A stretch of 63,973 nucleotides of DNA, from contig NW_013657655.1 in assembly GCF_000142905.1 (NCBI RefSeq), positions 124,001-187,973 on the forward strand, given 5' to 3'. Shown here piece after piece: positions 1 to 9,468 of this stretch. The notes under the pieces are model-generated. The model saw only the letters and a list, made by a program, of their open reading frames with translations. It made no database searches and was not told the DNA's origin. How positions within the stretch are numbered: position 1 is the first letter of the stretch; each line of letters opens with the position of its first letter. Both the position numbers and the translations under genes were made by a program. Origin of the DNA: Thecamonas trahens ATCC 50062. Taxonomy: Eukaryota > Protista > Apusomonadida.

Positions 1-1706
1 GTCACCCTTTTTGAACGACAGTTGTGTCTCGGCACCGGCTTGGTAGTCGAAAAGCGCGACAGCGACTTGGATGCCACTCGGTTCGGAGCTGGGCACGTCG
101 TCGTCGTCGGACGAGAGCGCAAAGGCAGCCTGAGCAGCGGGGGAGGAGGCGCGTCATCGTCGTCGGACGAGAGCACAAATGCGGCCTGAGCAGCGGGAGT
201 TGGAGGCACGTCGTCGCCATCGGATGAGAGAGCAAAGTCGGGCGCCTGCTGCACGGGCGAACCATTGTCGTCGTCCGTGATGGCAAAGGCGTCCATGATT
301 GCAGCAGGGGTGTCCTCGGAGAGCTCAAAGCCAGCGACCGAGGCCGAAGTAGCAACGAGAGGCAGGCTGGCGAGGTCGGGGTCGGCAGCTTGGGGCAGCA
401 CGTCGTCGTTGTCGTCGTCGGAGAGCTCAAAGGCTGTGGCCGGGTCGGCAGCGTGGTCGGACGAGAGGGCAAAGTTGTGGTGAACGTCGTCAGCGTGGTC
501 GGCAAGCTCACCAGAGAGCACACCAACATGTATGTCGTCATCATCGTCGAGGACGAGCAAGCCGAGGTCATCAAGGTCGTCTGCTCCGACGTCCTCGACA
601 ACAATGCCCAGATCGTCGAGGTCGGGCTCGTAGCCGGCGACGGGCGAGACCGACGAGTTGTCGAGGTCGAGCAGGTCAGCAGCCGGCGGGTGGAGCGGGA
701 GCTCGTCGAGCGCCAAGTCCTCGGTCTCGATCTCGGAAGCGCCGTCGATGTCAATGCCCGAGAGCTCGAGCTCGTCGATGATCGGGTCGTCAAGGTCTGA
801 GGCGACCAGAGCATCGAGGTCCTCGGGCTCGTTGGCGGAAGGAGCGTTGGTCGGCGACGCGATGGCGACGGCGGAAATTTCCAGCGGATGGACCGGCTCA
901 TAGCGGTGGGTGGGCGACGGGTGGAAGAGAGTGTCCGGCAGCGGGTCGTCATCCTGTGATTCCTCTTGGTAGGCAAGGGCCATGTCAAAGACATGGACGA
1001 GCGCCGGGCGCGCGCCGGGCTTGGACGCGTTGAGGTCGACGGTCGAGATGTGCTTGTCGGGTAGGCCGGAGCGGACAAAGGCAAGCGAGTGTTGCGAGAC
1101 GCCTGGAAGGCCATCGGCGGCAGCGGTCAGGTTCTCCTTGGTCGTTCCGCCCATGTGCGACTTATCGATGCCGCGAAGGTAGCGGACGGTGTCGGCGAGG
1201 ACGGTGGGCGGGAAGAGGATGTCCTCTGGATGGATCTTTGCCAGCGGCGTGTGAAAGCCGCGGCGGACAGCAAGGGCGGCAAGGACATGCATGGTATTGA
1301 CGACACGGTACATGTTGGCCTTACGATACAAATCCGAGACGGCAAAGCAGCGACGCTTGGGAATGGCGAGCCGTCTGCAGAAGCGAAGAAAGGCGCGGAT
1401 GTTGCCCTTGCGCTCAGTGGCGTTGGAAGGCACATTGACGACTTCTTCATCCTTGACCAGATCAGCTTGTATAGCCTTTGCGAGGGCAATGAGCGTCACG
1501 CCATCCCTCAGCACGGTAGCCAGATCAGCCGATGCCAGCTTTGCGTTCAACGCCGCTTGAATCCACATGTACACCTCATGCTGCCGAGTGAGAAAGACCT
1601 TTGCCTCGACTTCCTTCTCCGTCCACTTGTTCGGCAGTGTCACCTTGACTGGCGAGCTGACGTAGTCTGATGGCGAGGTGACTCTCGTCCGCACAGGCGT
1701 CGCCAT
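1..1706 (-). CDS. Calponin-homology (IQGAP-like CH) + acidic low-complexity linker + SH3 domain protein; runs off window edge
   Basis: Not in the ORF track because there is no stop in the window. ATG at 1706 reads MATPVRTR...LRDGVTLIALAK...NIRAFLRFCRRLAIPKRRCFAVSDLYRKANMYRVVNTMHVLAAL (CH domain). After a 1-nt frameshift in G5 at 139-143 it reads VAVALFDYQAGAETQLSFKKGD (SH3 start) at the window edge. Confidence 0.8.
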   Translation of the reverse strand, partial: MATPVRTRVTSPSDYVSSPVKVTLPNKWTEKEVEAKVFLTRQHEVYMWIQAALNAKLASADLATVLRDGVTLIALAKAIQADLVKDEEVVNVPSNATERKGNIRAFLRFCRRLAIPKRRCFAVSDLYRKANMYRVVNTMHVLAALAVRRGFHTPLAKIHPEDILFPPTVLADTVRYLRGIDKSHMGGTTKENLTAAADGLPGVSQHSLAFVRSGLPDKHISTVDLNASKPGARPALVHVFDMALAYQEESQDDDPLPDTLFHPSPTHRYEPVHPLEISAVAIASPTNAPSANEPEDLDALVASDLDDPIIDELELSGIDIDGASEIETEDLALDELPLHPPAADLLDLDNSSVSPVAGYEPDLDDLGIVVEDVGADDLDDLGLLVLDDDDDIHVGVLSGELADHADDVHHNFALSSDHAADPATAFELSDDDNDDVLPQAADPDLASLPLVATSASVAGFELSEDTPAAIMDAFAITDDDNGSPVQQAPDFALSSDGDDVPPTPAAQAAFVLSSDDDDAPPPPLLRLPLRSRPTTTTCPAPNRVASKSLSRFSTTKPVPRHNCRSKRV

Positions 1707-1874
1707 GATGGCTGTCGTCTCTCCCTCGGACCCTCGCCAGCTATCAACAAGCAGAGAGCGGGTGAGTGCACCAGCAAGACACACACAGCCACACACAGCC
1801 ACAGTACAGTACAGTTGTACTGGAGTATGTGAGTGAAGTGTGCTGGGAGAGTCTGTGTGGAGGGTTAGGGGTAA

Positions 1875-1930
1875 GGGGGGGGGGGGGGGGGGGGCCTTTG
1901 GGCGGGCCCCCCCCCCCCCCCCCCCCCCCC
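1875..1930. repeat. G20 run - 12-nt spacer - C24 run (homopolymer inverted repeat)
   Basis: G at 1875-1894 and C at 1907-1930, in the divergent intergenic region. Confidence 0.9.
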
Positions 1931-2544
1931 TCCCCTCGCCCTCCTCCAAACCGCGCGCAATGGCCTGAGGACCGATGGCGGGTCATGGATCATTGATGGC
2001 CATCCATTCCATCTATGGGGGGTGATCTTGGAGGTTCTGGGGGGAGGGGGGTAAAGATCAAGAGCGTCAGAGAGGACCATGGCGCGTGTGCTATGGGTCG
2101 ATGCTGAGCTCCGTGTTGAAGAGCCCCAATGGCGCACCACCCAACCACACACGGACCCACCCACATACACTGGACCCGTGCGTGTACATGATCTAAAGTG
2201 ATCAAGATCAGAATGAGGATGCAACCAGGCAGAAATAGAAGAGAATAATGATGGATTGTGGGTCAAGAGTGTGTGTGTGAGGTTCTCGCCATCATCGGAC
2301 TGGTATACGATGCAAGGGTGTGTGGGTGTGTGGGTGGAGGGTCAGCAAGGAGCGAGCTGCCGAGCTCAACCGACAAACGGTCTTCCACAAGTCGAGTCCG
2401 TTCGGCGACCACAAGCACAAGCCCCCGCACCGAACACACCCACCCACCCACCCACCCACCCACACCCATCTCTACTCGTCACCTTTGGAGGAGACACAGT
2501 GTTTTCGGTGGTTGTGTGGCATAGTCTCGGGAACAGCAGAGGTC

Positions 2545-3183
2545 ATGCCGCGCAAGAAGAAGAGTCGGCCGCCGCCAAGAAGGGCAACGTCAGTGATGGA
2601 TACCCGGCCCACAGAGTCGGGAAGGTCGGGAAGTGGACGGAATCGGTCAGGCTCGTCAGGCTCGGCATCTTCGGCAAACATTCGGAGGTCGTCGTCGGTG
2701 GCAGACTCGGCCATGTCATCGGCTGAGGATACCACCGTCACAGGCTCGTCGCCCTCGCGCAATGAGCCATCGCCGGAAGAGCAGGCGGCCGAAGAGGAGC
2801 GGATGGCTCGGGCGGCTGAGGCTCAGGCCAAGGCTGATGAGGCGGCGGCGGCAGCAGCGGCGGCAGCAGCGCTTGTGGAAGCGCTGGATGCCAAGGCCGA
2901 GGCCGAGGCGGCGGCCAAGGCAGCACGGGCAGATGCAGCACGGCAGCTCGAGCATCGCAAGCGTGACTGCGTCCTCAACTGGCGCAAAGACTTTGCTCGC
3001 AGGGAGATCGCGTGCTCGCGGTGCGGGACTTTTGGCCACGACTTTGTGGCCTGCTCGGAGGAGCCAGTTCTGGCCACCAAGCCGCGGTGGGGCGAGGGAT
3101 GGAAGCACGATGAGTTTGCTCGCCAGCGTGAGCGCGAGGTTGGTCATGCAGCCGCTGTCCTCGAGCACTTTTCTCGTCGCTGA
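2545..3183 (+). CDS. Hypothetical protein with Ala/Glu helix and CCHC zinc knuckle; 3' end uncertain
   Basis: MPRKKKSRPPP... start; CSRCGTFGHDFVAC fits C-x2-C-x4-H-x4-C. One extra T at 3169-3172 would extend the frame into ORF 3183-3410. Confidence 0.6.
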   Translation: MPRKKKSRPPPRRATSVMDTRPTESGRSGSGRNRSGSSGSASSANIRRSSSVADSAMSSAEDTTVTGSSPSRNEPSPEEQAAEEERMARAAEAQAKADEAAAAAAAAAALVEALDAKAEAEAAAKAARADAARQLEHRKRDCVLNWRKDFARREIACSRCGTFGHDFVACSEEPVLATKPRWGEGWKHDEFARQREREVGHAAAVLEHFSRR

Positions 3184-3916
3184 TGCCGCCACAGCCAAGC
3201 CGGCAAGTCGCCAACGGTGCGGTACGATGGCCCGATGGAGTCACGAGCGATGACGCTAGCCTTGACAGCGTCACATCCAACAAATCGCAAAGGCTCTTGC
3301 TGTCAGTCCTAGCGAGCGTCGATGGGAGCCGATGTGATGAGCAGCCATCAGCATTGGCGTGGGCCGGGCAATGTGCGATGAGAGAAGCAAGGTATATCGC
3401 GATTGTATGACACAGAATGCAACCATGGTCAATGTCAATGACGTCGATGTCCATCAGACGACGCAAGTCAAGCATCCTCGTCGACATCTAGTGAGAAGGC
3501 CAACACTCTAGTAACAAAGATCATGTCACCCCATGATGAACATTTACCACTTCAGATCAGGACTTTAAGCGACGTCGAAGGATGCTTGAAGACCAAAGAC
3601 AGGCTCAAGGGCCTTGTATCCCCCTCCCCCTCCCCCCCTCTTGTTCAGGTCAAACAGGGCTTTGGTAGCGTTGACCGGTGTTGTCGGTTTGCTGAAAACA
3701 CGTGTGTCTGACATAAGATTGACAGCAGTCGAAGACGGCCAACCAGCACTGTCAACGCTTGTCTCCTTTCATTGGAGGAGAGTTGGCCGCGGCGCAGCAG
3801 CAGCAGCAGCAGCAGCAGCACGACCAACTTCCACCACACCTTCTCCTTTCCCTTTATTCCTCCTCTTCTATCCATCCATCCTCTCCATAACCCCCTACAT
3901 TCCTCCTCTACCAACC

Positions 3917-6143
3917 ATGGGATGTGGTACCTCGAGAGCCGCACGGTACGAAGCCCTCCCCCTCCCCCTCCCCCTCCCCCCCCCCCCCCCCCCCCCATTT
4001 CTCCACCCCCTTTTTTTTTTTGGGGGCGTTTGGGCCGTAAAATATTGGACGAGATAGGCAAAGAGTAACCATATACCAGAACCATACCATTCCCCCCCCC
4101 CCCCCTCCCTGTACCCACACCGGGGCGTCTTGAGGGGAAGTGGTAGGGGGCGTGCTCGCCTTCAACTGGCGCTATTGACCTCCTCCTCAGTCATGTGAGT
4201 AGCATTGAGCATATGGAGTTGTAGCGTGGTTCGCTAGTGTATGACCAAGTGGCTCGTACCTTCCCCACCCTCAGGCGAGCATATAGCTGGCAGCACATGA
4301 GCGCGGAAAGCAACTAACATTGGGCGCAATGATGTCAATATGGTATTGTGTGATTTTTAATCGTTGGCCAACATTCGTTGTTATATTGGAATGCTCTCGT
4401 TGCGTTTGTTCGTTTGACTCGGGGCGCAATTGGCTCTCGCCTTTGATGCGGTCGTCAACAATGATCGGCGTGGGTACGCTCGGCCGGCCTTTCCCTCTTT
4501 CCCTCTCTCTCTCTCTCTCCCACCCACTGTGTTGCTTGCTACGGCTTCTTGGTTGACCTGTTGTGGGGACGGCATGGCACTGGTGGTTCTGGTACTGCTG
4601 GTGGTGGTGCCTGTGGGACAGTGGCGATCGGGTGTCGCGGCGGCCGAGCCAAGCAAGTGGCGGGGCAGTCAAGGCGTTGAGCCCGTCGAGCTCGAAGAGC
4701 GCACCCTCTGAGGGCCGCTCCAAGGCTTCGCTTACGAGCAGCCACAGCCGCAGTCGCGGAGGCGAGAATGACAGCAAGGCCCCCGGTGGGGCTGAGCCGC
4801 ACGGTGGGCGGGGCGATGAGGGCGGCGCTGGGCTGCACAGCCTCCAGCTTGTCGCGGCGACGCGGCCGCGGGCAGGCAGCGAGAGTAGCAGAGCAGAGAC
4901 GCCGGTGCTGACCCGTTCCGAGTATCCCGAGTGGACGGGCGAGCGGGTGCGGCGGATGTCATCGCTGTCGATCACGGGCACGCCGTACAACACAAATCAT
5001 TTTATGCCAGAGGTGCCTGCTGTCAAGGAGCTGGCGGACAAGTTGTGGCCGACGCTGGCTGTGAAGCAGGCACACTTTGTAGGCTCGATGGAGGGAGTGA
5101 CGCTGGTGTCGTCGGCGACAGGAACGAACAAGGTGGGCGTCAACTCGTTCGAGGTTGCGTACGTGATAGTGGAGGTTTCGCCGGGTGACTCGCTGGGCAC
5201 CGGGCATGGCACGGTTGTGTCGCGGCGGTCAGGCTCGTATTCGGAGGGCACGGCGCTGTCGGGAACGGGCGGAATCGGGACTGGAGGAGGCGCGGAGGGA
5301 AGCAGCGCCGGTGATTCCAAAAAGGCCAAGTCCAAGTCTGTGGACGAGCGGTCGCCTGGCCTGCAGATGGCGCCGTGGGCTCCGTCTGCGACGTCGGAGG
5401 TCATTGCATGGCTCCATAAGCCGTCGTCGCTCATCCGGATCGAGGTCCTGCCGCGGCTCCGCGAGGTGGTTGGGGCAATGGAGGTCGACGGCGAGGTTGA
5501 GGTCGACATTGTGGTGACGATGCCAGACCAGGTCAAGTACATCGCCAATTTGCGAGTCCGGGTCACATCTCGCGGAAGCGAAGGCATGTTGGCGGTGGAG
5601 GACCTCTCGGTGGAGCTGTCGTCGACCAAGAGCGGCGGGCGGGTGCTGCTCCGGGGAGACCTGTATTGGCGGGTGGAGCCAAGCGAGCTCGAGACGCGGA
5701 CCACGTCTGTGCTCCTCACCAACGAGCCTGCGCCGGCTATGCAGGGTTTGGCGTCGCTCAAGGTGGACAGCATGGACTTTGTCTCTACGCACGTCCATGT
5801 GTTCAAGTTTGCGGACCACGTGAGCCTTGCGCCGCGTTTCCAGCTCTCGGACGGCTCGTACATCCAGGCGACGCTGATTCTGCCGTCGCTGGGCAAGCTC
5901 CGGCTCGAGTCCAACTCGATGTCGAACAAGCTCAAGCTGGTGATCATGTGGATCCGCGAGACGGGCACGTCATTCAAAATGCGGATGTTCGACCCTGTGG
6001 CGCATCCGTCAACCAAATCTAACATTGCTGTCTCGTCCAAGGTCTCGGAGCGGACGTCCAAGTTTTCGCTCGCGCTCAAGGGTGTGATTGAGGATGCCTT
6101 TGGCTCGCACAAGATTGTGCTCAAGTTTGAGCAGCAGTCGTAG
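3917..6143 (+). CDS. Hypothetical N-myristoylated/palmitoylated protein with beta-rich C-terminal region (exon 3917-3945, intron 3946-4621, exon 4622-6143)
   Basis: Exon 1 MGCGTSRAA-CG|GTACG joins in frame (CG+T) to the 526-aa ORF at CAG 4619-4621. Confidence 0.7.
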
Positions 6144-6242
6144 GCGTGGGAGTGCCTTTGAGTGCAAGCACGTGTTGCTTTAGGGAAGTATGATGTTCTC
6201 GCCATATTGAATTGGGGACATTCCTTAATAGCAAGAATGTTT

Positions 6243-7320
6243 CTACGCAGCTGATGGGAGGGCGGCGATCTGCTCGTCGATCTGGGCGATACGGAAGTTC
6301 CAGTACTTGGCCCGCAGCGTGTCCAGCGAGGTGGCGAGGTTGGCAGCAAGCTGCGATGCGGCGGCGAGGCGGTCGGCGTCAGGCTCGAGAAGCATAGTGT
6401 AGGCGCGAACGAGAAAGGCGCGAAGTGGGGCCGAGGCGATGTAGCTGTCGGCGAGGTCGGCGATGGAGGCTGCTGTCGTTGCAGCTGCGGGAGCAGCACC
6501 TTCGGCGCCGTGCGCTATGGCGTGCTCGAGAATACCATAGAGGAAGTTCCAGGCAGCCTCGTTGTTGGGTGCACGCCGAATGCGGGCAATGGTGGCGTCG
6601 ATGTGGGCCTGGAGCGAGGCAGCAAGGTCGGCCGGCTGCGCGGTACCGCCGGAGGTCCACACAAAGAACTTCTCGTTCCAAGCCGAGTTGTTGCGGACGT
6701 CGAGGTCGAGCAGCGACTCGACGTACTCGTCTTCGTGGTCCCAGAGATCAAAAGTCTTGATGGACCACTGCCGGTGCGACCAGGCGTGGTAGTTCTTGGC
6801 GTCTTCGGCAAGGATTTCTGCGGTGAACGCCAGCTCGGCATCGGCCGAGCCTGCGCGCTCGACGATGGCCTGGCGGTGGTACCAAACTTGGTAGCACTTT
6901 GGCGATTCGCGGGCAACATCTGCAGTAAACGCCAGCTCTGCCTGAAGATCGGCCTCCAGGGCGTCGATGCAAGCGCGGCGAAAGTGCCAGCACGTGTAGT
7001 TCGGGGTTGAGATCGATGACTTCTGCGGTGAGCTCGAGTGCGCGCTGACTCCGCTCGTCAGCCTTCATCACAGCGCGCAGGTAGTTCATCGTGTCCTCGA
7101 CTGGAGCAAGAGTGAGTGGAGGGGGGGGGGGCACGACACTAGAGAGACAGAGTCAGAGAGATACGTACACTGCGGAGTGTATGCAATACGCACCACCGGA
7201 TTGGGACCATCATCCTGAAGCACAGGCTCCACATCAGCCCACTCGGCGCGGTCCCCAAAGGGGGTGTACTCGGCCTGGAGGGGGGGAGGGAGAAGGAGGG
7301 GGGGTATGGGTAAGGGTGAG

Positions 7321-7366
<46 letters not shown>

Positions 7367-7451
7367 ATACACATACACACATATACACACATATACACAC
7401 ACACACACTCTCTCTCTCTCGGTGCCCTTGCCCATGCTACCTGCCTACCAT
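6243..7451 (-). CDS. FNTA: Protein farnesyltransferase/geranylgeranyltransferase-I alpha subunit
   Basis: EWADVEPVLQDDGPNPVVRIAY, DERSQRALELT, NYTCWHFRR, KNYHAWSHRQW, DVRNNSAWNEK, PNNEAAWNFL (PPTA repeats), DTLRAKYW. Introns 7275-7448 and 7101-7168; frameshift near 7002. Confidence 0.93.
7322..7408. repeat. (CA)n microsatellite in FNTA intron 1
   Basis: Long CA dinucleotide run with CATA interruptions. Confidence 0.9.
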
Positions 7452-7913
7452 CTTGCTCCAGCCTGTGGGGGACGAGTGTACCACGGTTCGTCTGTGGGTC
7501 ACTCGAGGTGGGACGATGCTTGGCCTCATCACAGCCATTGCAGCCATCACAGCCATCACGACTCGATGGATGGATGAAAATCCACCAAAGCCATACTCAT
7601 GAAATACTTGCTGTTGTTGGCTCTGTGTATTTGTGGTGGGCATGTGTCTAGAGAGAGAGAGAGAAAGAGAAAGAGAAAGAGAGACGAGGATCGGAAGGCG
7701 GCAGCGTCTATCAGTCGTGTTGGTCGGTCGGTCGGACGAGTGAGTTTGGCAGTAGCAGCGTGTGGCAATCGTGTCGGCCTGGCAGTGGCAGTGTCTGCCC
7801 GTCGTCTCGGTCGGTCGGACGAGAGAGCCTGGCAGCAGTAGCGAGTCAGAGACGGTAATGGCCAACCGGTACTCTTCGAGACACGCAACTCTGCCAAACA
7901 CTCTGCGCCCACA

Positions 7914-8817
7914 ATGCCTTTCGGTGGCTCTCCCAAGTGCCCTGTGTGCTCCAAGTCGGGTATGTTAGCCGGAGAGTGTACCTGCCTATGGCATAGTTCA
8001 TAGGTAGCCGTGCCCGTCTCCCCCTCCCCCGTTCCCCCCCCCCCCCCCTCTCCTCCCCCTGCCCCCCTTTCGCCTCGTCCCTTTCGTTGGAATCACTCAC
8101 TCACCTTGAATTCCTTTTTTCGTCGGGCAAATCAAAATCGCCTTGCTCTGTCATCACCATCATCATCGTCGTCGTCTCTGTCATCGGCGGAATGCTCGCA
8201 GTCTATCATGCCGAGAAGGCCATGGCTGCCGGTAAGGCGTACCACAAGGCCTGCCTCAAGTGCACCGAGTGCAACAAGCGCCTGGACTCGACGTCGATCA
8301 ACGATCGTGATGGCCAGATCTACTGCAAGACATGCTACGGTCGCAACTTTGGCGCTGTCGGCTACGGCTACGGCCAGGGTGCAGGTACTCTGACTCGCAC
8401 CACCCGCGACGCCCCCCGGCCTCGTCGGCCGCCCCGGTCACATCGTCGACGACGACGACCTCCTCCTCCGCTCCGCCGGCCTCGTCCACCGCTACCGCTC
8501 CGCCCACCTCGGGCGTCCGCGCAGGCACCGCCAAGTTTGGCGGCACCGTCGCTGGCGGCGCAAAGGTGACCAAGGTCAACAAGTTTGGCGGCTCGCCCAA
8601 GTGCCCGCGCTGCGACAAGTCGGTCTACCCGGCCGAGAAGCAGCTGGGCCCGGGTGGCTCTTCGTACCACAAGGCCTGCTTCAAGTGCACCGAGTGCTCC
8701 AAGCGCGTCGACTCGGTCACCATGGCGGTACAGAACGACGTCCTCTACTGCAAGACCTGCCACGGTAGCAAGTTTGGCCCCAAGGGCTTTGGCTACTCCA
8801 CCTCGCAGGTCCTGTAG
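7914..8817 (+). CDS. Cysteine-rich protein (CRP/CSRP-like) with two LIM domains and glycine-rich motifs
   Basis: MPFGGSPKCPVCSKS|VYHAEK...YHKACLKCTECNK...YCKTCYGRNFGAVGYGYGQGAG. Second LIM CPRCDKSVYPAEK...HKACFKCTECSK...YCKTCHGSKFGPKGFGY. Intron 7960-8201; frameshift in C6 at 8412-8417. Confidence 0.92.
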
Positions 8818-9468
8818 AGATGATGGCCCGCACCCATGCAGCGATCCAATCAAACACATCTTGTGCGTTCCTCTCTCTTTCCCAACCCTAAAGACGGTCC
8901 TGATCTGCTGCGGCACTGCTCATCCATTCGTTTGTGTGTGTGGGGGGGGGGAGGGAAGGGAGGACGCTGCGAATCAAAGATCTCCCGGTCTGGGTCTTTC
9001 CATGCCACACCTGGCCATTGATAGCTAAGCCGTAGAGAAAGATCGTGATGTCGCAGAGCCATTGCACATCTGTAGGGCATTGCATCGCACGCATCCCCCC
9101 CTCCCCCCACCTCCGCATGCCTACCGTTCGTCATCATCCCCCTTGCCGCTCATGCCTATCTCCAGCCAAGCACCCCGAGTGGTCCTCCCCTCTGATGCCC
9201 ATCCCACTCTGGCTCCTTCCTCCTCCCTCCCTCCCTCCCTCCCCCCCCCCCCCCCCCCCGCCCTCTCTCTTTCCCCTCTCTCCCCCGATCCCGTCTCCCC
9301 CGTCCCCCTTCCCCCGCCCGTAACCACCGATCAGTCCCAGTCCGCCACCAGGTCTCACCGCCACCCTCTCCCTCTCCCTCTCCCTCTCCCTCTCCCCCCC
9401 ATCCCAGAACGGAACCTTCCCTCCTCCACCTCCACCCACCCCAACCAACAACACATCACCGTCCACCC

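Noticed and set aside
2-1114. 370-aa minus-strand ORF in the track
   Set aside because: Off-frame shadow (Thr/Ser/Arg-rich) of the real CH-SH3 reading frame.
1862-1871. TTAGGG telomere-like hexamer
   Set aside because: Single copy in a G-rich tract; no array.
2545-3183. CCHC knuckle as retrotransposon Gag
   Set aside because: No protease, RT, integrase or LTRs nearby.
4191-4247. tRNA- or snoRNA-like hairpin in the long intron (GTCAT...ATGAC with inner TAGCG/CGCTA stem)
   Set aside because: Too short, with no proper D, anticodon or T arms and no paired C/D or H/ACA boxes.
4997-6499. Long antisense ORFs (also 33156-34463, 55624-57072, 57317-58660, 61781-63151, 14703-16046)
   Set aside because: Expected mirror frames of GC-rich coding sequence; no recognisable motifs.
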